Source of the DNA: the human T2T-CHM13v2.0 reference genome, Homo sapiens
Assembly (NCBI RefSeq): GCF_009914755.1
Contig: NC_060936.1
Length of the DNA: 64,000 nt
Strand: one strand, 5' to 3'
In this document: one piece after another, positions 21,839 to 36,060 of the stretch
How positions within the stretch are numbered: position 1 is the first letter of the stretch
How the letters are laid out: every line of letters starts with the position of its first letter
Translations under genes and position numbers: made by a program
Notes under the pieces: model-generated
The model's input: the letters and a program-made list of their open reading frames with translations, nothing else
The model's database searches: none
Told to the model about the DNA's origin: nothing

Positions 21839-24429
21839 AGGTTTCACACATGAGCAGGTATCACACAGCAGCCGTCTAATCTAGATTCAGCAGTTCACTG
21901 ATGGTGTCTGCTTAGGGAATATCAAAGGTTACAAATAGATTGAAAATGCCACCAACGTTTTCAAAGTATTCCTGATCATTTTCTCAAGTTAGGTGAAACA
22001 GTTTAACAATTACAGATAATGGAATTTGAGTCTCAAACTGGCCTTTTCCTTTGCAAAACAGAATGATCCAAAGTCACGGTTTCTTTAAAGAAGTGTAAGA
22101 ATGGAGTCTCTAGGGAAAATGTGGCCGGTTAGTGGATTACAGCCATAGTGGAGGATTCCCTTGGTAATCCACGTTTTCACTTAGAGGAATTAGTTAAAAT
22201 AAGAGATTTGTGACATTTGGAGCTCACTGTTCAGAATAAATGTAAACAGTTATGAAACAAATGATTCAGGAAGTCTTTTGTAACCTGAAGGGATTGATTA
22301 CACAAGTTGGAGTTTCTGGATCTCAACTTTACGGAGTTCTGAAGTGAACCTCACGGGGTTCTGAAATTGGGAGGACTAGCTTGCCCAGTCTTCAGTGAAA
22401 TGTGCTTCCAATGTTCTCTTCACTTCTGCCATACCATCAGCAACAAGGCACAAATCCAAATTTGCCCCAATCTCTAATAGTCCTTTGTAAAGTTACTTAT
22501 TTACAAGAGAATTAAACTTAATGATTTTCTGTGGTGTTTGTTGTTGGTTCTGGTAAAAAAAAAAAAAAAAAAAAAAAAAAGTGGAAACTTACTCTAGCCA
22601 CTAGAAGGAGCCTGCAGGGCCCATCATTTTGATGTTGTCGACGATTCCAGATGCCTGTGCACCATTGCATGTCAAGCAAACTATTTTAGGAGCACTGTCC
22701 GCTCCTCACCTCCACCCTCAGCCCTGGTTCACAAGAGCTCCGGGAATCTTCAAGCCTTGTCTTCCAGAGGGAGGTAGTACATTTGCGTAGAGTTCGTCTC
22801 TGCTGCTCAACCGTGCCATCAGCCAGGGGTTCCCGTGCAGGATGGACTGTGCTGAGTCCCATGGGTCTGTAACCAAGTGTAAGACACAACCCGATTCCTT
22901 CGTGGGTCTTGTGAGCTCCGCGGAGAGGCAGGAACCATACAAATGAAACGTAACTGACAGTACAAGGAAATGGGAACTCATTTCCTCTGGGGACCCTTCT
23001 CGCCTAAGGTGTCCTTTCGTGTGCTCCCTGGTGGACCCGCCCAGCACTCAGGCCCTGCTGTGACTGCTCACTTAGTGGTCTGTGTCTCCGTGTAGCTTTT
23101 ACGCAGAGGAGGCCTGTGAGCGCTGTGCTAGCTACTGAGTATCTGGTGCCTAGCCCGTGGTCAGTGTTTAGTAACTATTTCTTGGATGTGTAACTAAAAT
23201 GAGTAATGCAGACAGTAAGCGCTGAAGAGTGCCAAGGCTGAGAAGACTAGAAGCATGCATCGTGGAGAAGCTGGGACTCAGTGTGAGCCCCACAGGAGGG
23301 GCAGGACAGACAGGATGAAGCAACGGTGGAGTTTCCGGTAGCTGGGAGGACTTGCCTTGCAGCTGGACAGGCAAGAGGAAGGCCCAGTGTAGGGAGAAGG
23401 GCAGGTGGAGCTGGGGCTGCGAGAGCAGAAGTTTAGAAGCAGTGATCCCGAAGTTTAGAGACATAGATGAGACCCATTCGTATCCATCCCTCTCTCCTGT
23501 GTCTACATATGGAAGGTTCTATTTCTAGAGAAAATGACTTCCAGTTAGTGTGAAGGGAACATGAATAGCAGGCAAATTTCTCCTCCCTATTTTATCATTT
23601 AATTTCTGTATCCTCCATGCATATGTAAACATAAATAAATTTACACATTCTAATAAACCATTACATTTATTATACAGTAGGAAGTGTTGCCAGGAAACCA
23701 GTTGTCAAGCAAAGCTATATTTTGAAGAGTGGGAGGTGCATAATTATCTTTAAATACTTTCTCTGGATAGTAATTACCCCACCCCCACCCCAGCCCAAAT
23801 CCATGTGACTCTCCCAAATGGGTCTGCTCAGGAGCACCCCAGTTGAAAGGGACACCGTCCTGTCCACTCCGGCCACTCCTCAGGGGTCTGTGCAGAGCAG
23901 CTCCAGACCCATGGGACCAGCCTGACCACACAGCACCCATATCCACTACTCCCAAGCATGAGGAAAAAGGGGCATAATCAAGCTCTCATATTAAACCCAC
24001 TCCAAGACAGCTCTACATACCGCAAAGAAAGCAACCTTGATTGCCTTGGACTCTGAATAACAATTATCAGTGATTTCTGGAACTTGAGACTGTATCTATT
24101 TAAAACATGTTCTTTGCAAACTTCACTGTCAGCTCTTTAAGATCAGATATGAGTTTGTCCTGAAAATTCATTTTTTAGGGGAATAAACTACTTGCCAAAT
24201 TTCTGTACAGTATTAATAATCACAATCACAGGAAAAAAGCAGAGGCATGCCCTGCAAGATAAGACTGTTTAGTATCAAGATCTGGCAAACTTCAGAGGTC
24301 GCCTCTCAAGAGGACCATCTGGGACTCATTGTCTCATTTCTTTGTCCCTCTGTCCACCCTCCACCATCCTCCCTCGGATCCAGGGCAGTATGTCTGGGGG
24401 TGCAAGAATCCCAAAGTGCATTTAGAAAT

Positions 24430-25088
24430 CATAACGTTTTAAATTGTTAATGTTTATGGGCACTAATGGGTGTATATATTTATGAGGTGCATGTGATGTT
24501 TTGATCCAGGTGTACAATGTGCAAAAATCAAACCAGGGTTATCAGGGTGTTCCTCACATCAAGCACTTATCATTTCTTTGTATTACGAACATTCCAATTC
24601 CAGTCTTTTAGTTTATTTTAAAATATGCAATAAATTATCATGACTGTAGTCACCATCCTTCTCTCCTATGTTGTATGATCAAATATTACATCATATTTAT
24701 TCTATTTAACTATATTTTTTCACCTATTTACCATCTCCACTACCCTTTCCAGCTTCTGGTAACCATCATTCTACTCTCTGTATCCATGAGTTCAATTGCT
24801 TTAATTTTTAGCTCCCACATATGAGTGAGAATATGTACAATTTGTCTTTCTGTGCCTGGCTTATTTCACTTAATATAATGGCCTCCAGTTCCATCCATGT
24901 TGTTGCAAATGACAGAATTTCATTCTTTTTTATAGCTGAACAATATTCCATTGTGTACATGTACCACATTTTCTTCATTCATTTGCTGATGGGCGCTTAG
25001 GTTGATTCTGTATCTTGGCTATTGTAAATAGTGCCGCAGTGAACATAGGAGAACATAGGAGTGCAGATATCTCTTCAGTATACAGATT
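24430..25088 (-). mobile_element. L1 (L1MA-type) 3' end fragment, antisense
   Basis: TTTTTAGCTCCCACATATGAGTGAGAATATG..TTTGTCTTTCTGTGCCTGGCTTATTTCACTTAA..TCCATCCATGTTGTTGCAAATGACAG is a typical L1 3' region. Confidence 0.85.
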
Positions 25089-26832
25089 GGAAACCATGTT
25101 TTCCACCTGGTGGCCTGCTTCCCTGTGTAGTGGATTTTCCCCCAAGTGGTAGGCCAGTGTCGCATGTTAAGGTGTGGCCCTCACTGGAGATGGCCTTCAA
25201 GCTAGAGCAGAACACTGCCTGGATTAATCCTTTTTCCCCTCCCTGCTCCTCAAGCCAAAAACTAAGTTCTCCCTGCAGTCCTGAAGAAAGAGTACCCTTC
25301 TTTGATTACTCTTCACTCTCCTAACCTCATCTTAGATTTAGCAAAGTCTTGGTAACAGGATTTTCTGCAGATCATAGATAGAAAAATGACAGAGTAGAAA
25401 GGTGGATGAAGTCAGGCTACTCCAAGAGGCAATTTTGGGGGTATGTGCAGGGATCCGTAACAGCCCAGGTTGGCATCTTGGAGTTTGCTGATGTTTGGAG
25501 GGGCTTCTGCCCTGGAAGTAGAGGACCAAGGCTGAGGGCAGTGCACACAGCACGGAGCTGTCCCTGCCCCCTGGGGCACACCCACATGTGGTGCTGCTAC
25601 ATGCCCGGGGGCTAGGAAGGAATAGGCCATTCACAGACCAGTGAGTTCACACAGATGGGGCTTGCTGTTCCACCACCAGCATAACTTGACCCAGGAGGTG
25701 ACGCTGAGGCTTGATGGTCATCTCTGGCAGGAAGATTGGAGAAACGGACTCATGCCATGGACTGTGATTTAGAATGGAGGACCTCATTTCAGCTTCCTTG
25801 CGCTGAAGTGGAGGGCCGGTTTTCACATCCAGACTTAGTATGCCACACACAGACACACACACACCGGAAACAAAGTTTTATGTAAAAATATTTTTGCTTA
25901 CTGCTTACTTTAAAAAGCAGTTTCCTTACGATATGATACGCACTGTGATATTTTCCACTCTATTCCTTTATTCAGTGCCAGGCATGACCTACTCAATAGA
26001 TTTCATGACCCACTAATGGGCTGCAGTGTGAGGTTTGAAACCTCTGCCCAGAGGCAGATTCTGCATGCTTATTTAGAGGAATGTCTGTCTAGACGAGAGA
26101 GATTCATAGAAAGGAGATCATTTTATGGAAAAATACAGATATTCATGGACTTTATCACCAGGATTCTACTTTGTTTCTCCTCCTGCCTTCATTACCCAGG
26201 CAGGAGCTGTATCTTCAATGCCTCGTGGGTCTGCGTACAAGCCCTACAGGTGCCCCAAAGCCATGTGCAGAGCTAAGCACCCCATTTTTCTCATAACTGA
26301 CCCCTCTGCCTGGAGCTCTACTCCCGCTCCTCTGGCCCTCCTCTGTGCTGCCCTCCCAAATCGCCCCAGCTAAAAATGTTGGCAGTCCCTTCCATACCTG
26401 TCTTTCTTATTCTGCACATCCGCTCATCTCAAGGGACTATTGATTCTGCCTCTAAAATTGCTGCCAGCTCTGTGTCATCTTTTCCATTAATATAGCTATT
26501 GCCTTCATCATCTCTAACCTGGAGAACAGGAAGAGAATTCCTCATACTCTCCCTGGTCTAGAAGGTGACAGAGGGGCTGTTTTTGTGGGGTGTTCCGATC
26601 CAACCTGATCATGTCCTTTCCCCCTCCCCAAGCCCTCAGCATGGCCCCTGCAGTCTCCTCCTCAGCACCTCTCCAGCTATGGTTCTTCTCTCCTTGCACA
26701 GTGCAGCCATTTATTAACCATGTCGTCTACTGAATTCAACCAAACAGAGCTGTATATTTTCTCTGTATCAGGAAAATGAAAACGCCTCCACCATAGAATC
26801 TTAAAATGTGTTTCTTTAGGATCATCTTAGCC

Positions 26833-27320
<488 letters not shown>

Positions 27321-28129
27321 GACAAAGGCTCCTAAACCAAGATACGGGGAAGAGTCCATGGAGCATGGATGAGCTTTGAGGGGTCTGTGTGCTGTGTGGG
27401 CTCTCAAGTAAAGGTGTGTGTGTGGGCATGTGCCCATTTTTCTGAAAGGCAGATCTAAACATTCATCAGATTCTGGAAAGATTCTATAACCCAGAAAAAC
27501 AAAGAGCCTGTGCTCCAGATGAACCCCTTCTACCATATGGATGTGGCACACACAGTCAGGGCCAAGAGGCTGGGCAGAAAACTACGGATGGCTCTGCCTG
27601 CTGTGATATTGGTCGAGTACTCAACCTCCCCAGCCCTGAGTTTTCTCCTCCACAAAAATCAGGATAATGCGTGCTTTGCAGAGTTACTGAAAGAATTGGA
27701 GAGAAGGCATGAGAAGTGCCTGATGTGGTACTGGGCCCCTCCTCCACTGTTACTAATAATGCTCTTATTGCTTACAACACTATTTCTAAGAATGCTGTTT
27801 CACAAAAATTAAAAAAACTTCCATTTATTGAGCATCTTCAACTTCAAAGCAGCCAGATGCATTATAAGGTATTTGATCCATCCCCACAATAACCCCATGA
27901 GGTCGGCCCTCTTCCCGGGAGAACTGAAGCTTGGAGGAGTTCAGGGGCATCCCCAAGGCGGCAGGGCCTGGTTAGCTGGATGAGAAGCTGGGCTCCTTGC
28001 CACCAGATTGGGCTGCTCTAGCAAGGCCAGATCAGTGAGGGGCGAGAAGAGCCATGGTGCTGCATCTTGGGTTGGAGGAAACCTGAATTCACAGCCAACC
28101 CCACCCTTCTCTCCCTGTCCCCTTTCCAG

Positions 28130-28290
28130 CCGCTACTGGCGCCGGTGGAATCGGTTCTGCAGAAGGAAGTGCCGCGCCGCAGTCAAGTCTAATGTCTTCT
28201 ACTGGCTGGTGATTTTCCTGGTGTTCCTCAACACGCTCACCATTGCCTCTGAGCACTACAACCAGCCCAACTGGCTCACAGAAGTCCAAG
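28130..28290 (+). CDS. CACNA1C: CACNA1C exon 12 (161 nt; polybasic pre-IIS1 segment and IIS1: [53 protein letters not shown])
   Basis: cctttccag|CCGCTAC ... GTCCAAG|gtgagc; Cav1 IIS1 sequence. Confidence 0.97.
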
Positions 28291-29080
28291 GTGAGCGGCG
28301 GCCCCAGCTCTGCTCTGGTTTCCTCCTGGTAACTCAGCCCCAAGGCCCAGGGGAGGGCATAACCACAGGCAGAAGGTGGAGGGGAAAGCAGCCAATGGTC
28401 GGGGCTCTTGGCAGGTGCTGTGCTGGAGACACCAAGGGCCTGGCAGTTCCAAAGCCCCACAATAAAATGCGCTACCTTGTTAAAAACAGACACGGCTCTC
28501 CTGACTGGGCCCACACCATCAGCCTGCCCCAAAGTCACTGTTGGACCCAGGTGATGAGGAAAGGGGCTGCAGCTTGTTTGCCTATCTCAGACTCCTGGCT
28601 GCCAACTCCCCAGCATGGATTTTAAATACCTGGGGGCCTTCCTACAGCCCTGAGGTGGCCTTAACCAGAACACATGAGGATGGAATGAGCAAAAAGGCAG
28701 AGAAGAGAATAGGGCCTGAGCACAAGGAACCGTCTTCAATGGGTCGTTCATTCTCATTATCCTTCCTTGGGCCCCTAGACGAGGGTCCCACTAGCCAGGC
28801 CTCAGCATCATTGCTGGGCAGTCAAGAAGACCTGGCCCCATCCTCCACAGCTGCTTTCCAGAGTCCTGGGAGGCAGGGGGTCTAGTGGCGGAGAAGTCAG
28901 ACTCAGACAGTGCGGCTCCAACTGTTGGCTGTTTGGCCTGCACAGGCTACTCACCTCTTTGAACCTCCTTTCTCATCTCTGAAAATGGGCATGACGATGG
29001 TGGTACCATCCCCACAGGCCTGCTATGAGGAGGAGAGATTGTGTGTGCTGAGCCTATGGTGCATGGGAGATGCTCAGTAA

Positions 29081-29641
<561 letters not shown>

Positions 29642-29984
29642 TAGTTTGTGTTCATTTAGATGGCACATCATTTGGAAATTCCTCTGGCTGCTAATACCAG
29701 AGACTCAACTCAGTAATGTAAGCAAGCTAGGGACTTATTCAGCCATGGAAAAAAAGTCCAGAGGCAGCTAGCTGAGGTGCCTTCAAGAAGAGGGTCAGGG
29801 ACTCAGTCTCTTCTCCTGTGCTTCACCAGCCTTGGTGCTGATTCTTCTCCAGGGTCATAAGATGACTTCTGGAGACTGAGCCATCACATTCAAATTGGAG
29901 GTGGGAAGAAGAGAAAGGAGCAAAAGGGCCGACCACCCCGGCCAAGTCAGCTTCTCCACTCCCAGAAGTCACTCCCAGACACAC

Positions 29985-30625
29985 CCATTAGGACTGCTGC
30001 TGTCAAAAAAACTGAAAATCATAAGGGTTGGCAATGACATGGAGAAATTGGAACCCTTGTGCACTATGGGTGGGAGTGTAAAATGGTGCAGCCACCGTGG
30101 GAAATGGTATGGCAGTTCCTAAAAACGTTAATGATAGGATTACCCTCTCATCCATCAATTCCACTTCTGGGTATATGCCCAAAATAATTGAAAGTAGGAT
30201 CTCAAAGAGATATTTGCACACCCAAGTGCCTTAGACAGATGAATGTATTTTTAAAATGTGGTCTACACATACAGTTCAATATTATTCAGTCTTAAAAAGG
30301 AAGGAAATCCTGACACATGCTACAAAGTAGATGAAACTTAAGGACATTATGCTAAGTGAAATAAGCCAGTCACAGAAAGACAAATACTGTATGATTCCAT
30401 TTATATGTGGCTCTTAGAGTAGTCAGATTCACAGAGACAGAAAGCAGAATGGTGGGCGCCCAGGGCTGGAGGGAGGGGGCAGTGGGGAGTTAGTGTTTAA
30501 TGGGTTCTGGAGATGGAGGATGGTGGTGGTTTCACAACAGCGTGAATGTATTTAGCACCACTGAATTCTACAGTTTAAAAAAAAAGGTTAAGATGGTAAA
30601 TTTTATGTTATGTGTATTTTAACAC
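29985..30625 (+). mobile_element. L1MB-type LINE-1 3' fragment, sense
   Basis: GGAGAAATTGGAACCCTTGTGCAC, GACATTATGCTAAGTGAAATAAGCCAGTCACAG, GGTAAATTTTATGTTATGTGTATTTT. Confidence 0.85.
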
Positions 30626-31004
30626 AGTGAAACAAATTGGAAGAAATCTTCCAGAAGTCTCAGCAAGGGCTTCTGTTCTTGAGCACCTGAGCTGTTAGGG
30701 AGGCTGAGAAATGCAGTATTCTAGCAGGACAAGTTCTGCTGAAAATGCGTTCAAGATCTAGCCACTGTAAAGGGCTGTGGACACTGCACTGCAGATGGTG
30801 TTCACCCTCTGTCCACATGGCCACCCCTCCATATGTCAGTCCGGCACCTACCCAAAGCAGGCCATCTCCCTCACTGTCTAGGCCAAGCAGTGACTCTCAA
30901 GACAAGGACAGGGCTGAGGGGCACCATGCTCTAGGACAATGATTTTCACCTGACTTATGACCACTGGGAGTGGTGGAATCCATTTATTGGATCACAACCA
31001 TCAT

Positions 31005-31660
31005 TTTAAAACATACTGAAATATAATTCATATCCCATATATTTACCCCTTACAATGTGTAACTTAATTGTTTTTTTATATTCATGGTTATGCAACCATC
31101 ACCATGTTCTAGTTGTAGAACATTTTCATCACCCCAGAAAGAAACTCCATACCCATTCCACATTTCCCCCATCTTCCCTCCCAGCAACCAAATTCACTTT
31201 ATGTCTCTATAGAGTTGCCTATTTTGGACCATTCATGTGAGTGAAATCTTATAATATGTGTTTTTGTGATGGCCTCTTTGACTTAGAATAATGTTTTCAA
31301 GGGCCATCCATGTTGTAGCATAGATCAGTACTTTGTTTCCTTTTATGGTGAATAATATTCCATTGTAGGGATATACTACATTTTGTGTATTCATGTATCA
31401 GTGATGGACATTTGGTTGTTACTATCTTTTGGCTCCTATGAATAATGCTGCTATGAACATTCATGTTCAAGTCTTCCTATAGATGTAGGCTTTTGTTTTT
31501 CTTGGATAGGTACCTCGGAGTGGAATTTCTAGATTATTTGGTAACAATATGTTTAAGATTTTGAGGAACTGTCAAACTGTTTTCCAAAGAGACTAAAGCA
31601 TCTTACATTTCCACCAGCAATGTATAAGGGTTCCAATTTCTTCACATTCTCACAAGCATC
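31005..31660 (-). mobile_element. L1MB-type LINE-1 3' fragment, antisense
   Basis: Reverse complement of the same L1 region (TTTGAGGAACTGTCAAACTGTTTTCCAAAG..CAGCAATGTATAAGGGTTCCAATTTC). Confidence 0.85.
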
Positions 31661-34002
31661 GTTTTTAAAGAAAGAATGAAATAGAATAGGAAAACATCAG
31701 AGGGTCTCACATGAACGTAAACATTGTTTCATAAAAAGCTGAGATGCAGACCTGACTTGCAGTAGAATACATATTTCTTAATGTGCGTTATGATCAACCT
31801 TAGAAGACATATGGGAAACACCTGGAAGGAATTTTCAACCTGTGCCCCTCTAAGGTACAAGTCCCCTGTCCTTAAAAATCTGCTTTGGGGGCTCCCAAAA
31901 TCTCTGCTTTGGGGAATCTTTGATAACAGGAGCACTAAAACCATCCGTTGGATTGTGATGGGTAAAAAGGGATGGAGGTTGGTGTCTTCAGTTCAGGATC
32001 TGGAGCTGATGGCATCTTGCTCAGAGCGTGTTTCTGAGTGTCCCTAGGTGTTGCTCTTCTCGTCACAATTCTCTTGGCAACCACCCAGAGCATGGTCACA
32101 TGGTGTTGTGGATGGTCCGGGGAGGTAGACATTTAAAGTGTTTCATTTAGTGCACAGAAAGGACTCAATATGCAGAAGCTTTTATTATTCATCTAATATT
32201 ATGACTGCTATTATTAGAAGGAAGAAAGAGAAGAGAGCTAATAGTGACCTACATATTCACATACTCTTGTTCTTACTTATTTACCCACTACGTATATACT
32301 GTGTATTGAGCTCAGAGAGATGGAAAAAATCGAAAAATAAGGCGTATGGCGTGAACTAAATCCAGGAGAAATGTATAGTCTGGTTGGGGAGATGGAGTTT
32401 GTGCACATGAAGAGATTAAAGGAAAATCTATGACAGAATATAATGAGCTGGCAAAGTGTGGTGGGCGTGGGAATTACCTGCTGTGAGAAATTGGGAGCAG
32501 GAGATAGCTCCTGGAGAAGGTTGAATCTCAGATGAGGGACTTAACAGACACCCACGATTAAAATCCAGAAGTTTAATGCTCCTAAGCAACAGCCTTCTTT
32601 CCCTCTCTGACCCCATCGAAAGAGAGCTCTTCCTAAGTGTCCTGAATATGTTGGCATTACAGAAAGTCCTTGGTTTACAGTGAAAGTGGTAGAAATCCTT
32701 ATATCAGCAATGATTACCATGCACCAGTGCTTACTCTGTGCCAGATAGGGTGAGCAGAGGCCTACGAATGTTAGCTTGAGTGATCCTCCCAAGTACCTAC
32801 ATGAGGATGAGGATAGGCTACTACTATTATTATTCCCACTTTGCAGATGAGAGACTGAGGCTTAGAGAGTTGTCAGTTGCCCAAGGTCACAAAACTGCTC
32901 AGAGGTAACACTGGGATTAAAAGGCAAGGCAGGTCTGTGGTCTGACTTGAGGTGCTATACTCCTAACCACTGCCATGCACTGCAGAGCTGAGAGCTGACC
33001 TGTCTTCTTGTCTAGGTCCCTGAGACAGGACTTAAAAGATCTTTATGCCCTGGTTCTTGTTAGATAATTGCCGATTCTACTTGCTCCTCCTGGGGTCTGG
33101 TAAAACTATTTTTAACTTGCAGTTTTCAATGCCTCTTAAATAATTCTCAAAAGTCCCTGTTTTGGGCTTTTATGTATATATTTCTATAGAAAAGAAATCT
33201 TGCTGCTATATATTGTTATGACATCTTGAAAAGATTTAACATTCATTCTATTTTTAATCACCAATTTATTTCTAATCTGAAGATATTGCCAAGAAACCAT
33301 TTTTAAAAATCTATCTTAATCAGAGAGCTTCCTGTAGTCCCTCCACAAGAAGGAGTAGTAGTATTTTCAGATCTCTATGAAGTCTATAAACAGAAAAAAT
33401 CATTGTCTAATTGAAAGTGACTGTGGCAAAGGCCGTCATCTTCCTATTTTCAAGTCTCCAAAGCCTCTGGGGGCTTTCGGAAAGCAACAAAGAGACTAAT
33501 TAGGTTGGGGGATCCCATAAGTCCGTCTCCAGCGCCAGCCTTGGGACTGGGTGACAGTGACCAAGAAAAATGCCTAAAATATGGGTTGGGAGTGGACATT
33601 GTGGTCCCTTCAGCTGAACCTTGAAATGGGTCATCTGTGCATGGTCCTGCCATCAGACAAGTGCATGCCTTCTTCTTTTAAAATATCTTGGAAAGTACTT
33701 TGCAATGTCTTGCTGCTACTCATATGTAGAAGAAATTTCTTCTCTTTTTTTTTTTTTTTTTTTACAATGTAGTCTGAACCAGTAATTGCAATTCTTAAAC
33801 TTAGCTGAACCCATGAAGGAGTTCATTAAGGAGCTCATCTCTAGAGATTTTGGCCAGCAACTCCTGGAGAGTTCCATGCTAGTGGTCCAATGACCGACCT
33901 CACTTGAAGAACCACTGGCCTAATTTCCTACTGCTGCTCTTGGTCTGCTTTCTTCTCCTAAAATACTGCCCTTCATATGCAATCGGAAAACTTGATTATT
34001 AT

Positions 34003-34431
34003 TCCTCCTCCTCCTCCTCCTCCTCCTCTTCCTCCTCCTTCTCTTCTTCCTCCTCCTCCTCCTCTCCTCCTCCTTCTCCTCTTCCTCCTCCTCCCCTCCT
34101 CCTTCTCCTCCTCGTCTTCCTCCTCCTCTCCTCCTTCTCCTCCTCTCCTCCTCCTTCTCCTCCTCCTGTTCCTCCTCCTCCTTTCCTCCTCCTCCTGTTC
34201 CTCCTCCTCCTCTCCTCCTCCTCCTCTCCTCCTCCTTCTCCTCTTCCTCCTCCTCCTCTCCTCCTCCTCCTCCTCCTTTTCCTCCTCCTTCTCCTCTCCT
34301 CCTCCTTCTCCTCTCCCTCCTCCTCCTCTCCTCCTCCTTCTCCTCTTCCTCCTCCTCTCTTCCTCCTCTTCCTCCTCCTTCTTCTCTTCCTCCTCCTCCT
34401 GTTCCTCCTCCTCTTCCTCTTCCTGCTCCTT

Positions 34432-34463
<32 letters not shown>

Positions 34464-34689
34464 TCTCCTCTTCCTCCTCCTCCTCTCCTGCTCCTTCTCC
34501 TCTTCCTCCTTCTTCTTCTCTTCCTCCTTCTCCCCTCCTCCTTCTCCTCTCCTCCTCCTTCTCCTCTCCTCCTCCTTCTCCTCTCCTCCTCCTTCTCCTC
34601 TTCCTCCTCCTCCTCTCCTCCTCCTTCTCCTCTTCCTCCTCCTCTCTTCCTCCTCTTCCTCCTCCTTCTTCTCTTCCTCCTTCTCCTCT

Positions 34690-34721
<32 letters not shown>

Positions 34722-35049
34722 CTGCTCCTTCTCCTCTTCCTCCTCCTTCTTCTGGTCCTCCTTCTCCTCTCCTCCTCCTCCTCCTCTCCTCCTTCTCCTC
34801 TCCTCCTCCTCCCCTCCTCCTTCTCTTCCTCCTCCTCTTCCTCCTCCTCCTCCTTCTCTTCTTCTTCTCCTCTCCTCCTCTTCTTCCTCCTTCTCCTCCT
34901 CCTCTTCCTCCTCCTCCTCTCCTCCTCCTTCTCCTCTTCCTCTTCCTCCTCTCCTCCTCCTCCTGTCCTCTTCCTTCTCCTCCTTCTTCTCCTCCTCCTC
35001 CTCCTTCTTCTTCCTTTTCTTCTTCTTCTTCTCTTCCCTCTTCTTTTTT
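34003..35049. repeat. ~1.05 kb (CCT/CTT)n polypyrimidine low-complexity tract
   Basis: Nearly pure C/T on the + strand, built from CCT, CTT and CTCTC units. It generates the spurious 359-397 aa ORFs. Confidence 0.97.
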
Positions 35050-35302
35050 CAAGACAGGATCTCACTCTGTCACCTAGGCTGGAGTGTGGTAGCATAATCA
35101 TAGCTCACTGTAGCCTCAAACTCCTGGGCTCAAGTGATACTCCAGCCTCGTCTCAGCCTCCCAAGTAACTGGGACTATAAGTGCCATGTCTGGCTAATAT
35201 TTTTATTTTTTGTAGAGATGGGGTCTCACTATATTGCCCAGGCAGGTCTGGAACTCCTGGACTTAAGAGATCCTCTCACTTGGCTGACCACCTTGCCCAG
35301 CC
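35050..35302 (-). mobile_element. Old Alu (AluJ-type), antisense; its tail region is the (CCT)n tract
   Basis: AAGACAGGATCTCACTCTGTCACCTAGGCTGGAGTG...CCACCTTGCCCAGCC. The repeat AAAACTTGATT at 33987-33997 and 35305-35315 brackets Alu plus tract as a TSD. Confidence 0.85.
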
Positions 35303-35953
35303 AAAAAACTTGATTCTTACATCTCCACTGTCTTCTCCATACTGTAGTCTCTAATTCTGTCAAGATGGTACTTTTGATAGTTTTTGACTGAGAAAACACA
35401 TCAAGGTAAGAACTACTATGAATTCAGCAAAGCTTTTAAATTTAAATTCCTACACATCTGTGTATGTTTGAAAAGTGGTAATATGAATGCAAGACAAGGC
35501 TGTTTATTCAGAGTAGTATAATGCTTGGTGTACACATGGATTCATGGATCCCTTTCTAGAATTCTAGAATTCCAGGCTGCTCTTCCCTCACCCAGGACCC
35601 ATGGTCCAAGGGTCGGGAACAGGGATCTAAATCAATGGTTCTTCACCCTGAGGTCATGACACAGTGGTACATCCAGAGCAGCTGGATAGTGATAGCAAAT
35701 AATTTATTACTGAGAGCTGAAATTCCAAAGTTTGTGAATAGTTTCTTTAAAAAATAAAACAAATTAATATTGTCCTTGTAACATAATAGCATCACTCTGT
35801 CACTTGCATTACAAAATGCTTCTATGAATGGGTGAGATCCGGGTGGACTTACAACTCATCCATGATGCCTGAAGGGAGCAGATGTCTTTGATATATCATT
35901 ATGAGGAAAATGAATTATTTACATACTGACATTTTTTGTGTTTTGTCAAAATC

Positions 35954-36060
35954 TGAGAACACCTTAGGGAGTATGCTACATGTATGAAGATCATTCATCC
36001 TCTTGTTGAGAACACCTTAGGGAATGTGCTACATGTATGAATATCATTCATCCTATTGTT
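35954..36060. repeat. 53-bp imperfect tandem duplication
   Basis: TGAGAACACCTTAGGGA(G/A)T(A/G)TGCTACATGTATGAA(G/T)ATCATTCATCCT(C/A)TTGT occurs twice (starts 35954 and 36007). Confidence 0.88.

Noticed and set aside
33904-35101. Four long ORFs (359-397 aa) of poly-S/P/L or poly-E/R/G
   Set aside because: They are artefacts of the (CCT)n tract, which cannot contain stop codons. There is no coding signature.
35555-35572. TTCTAGAATTCTAGAATTC as a heat-shock element
   Set aside because: The spacing between GAA and the next TTC does not fit contiguous nGAAn pentamers. It is more simply an 8-bp duplication.
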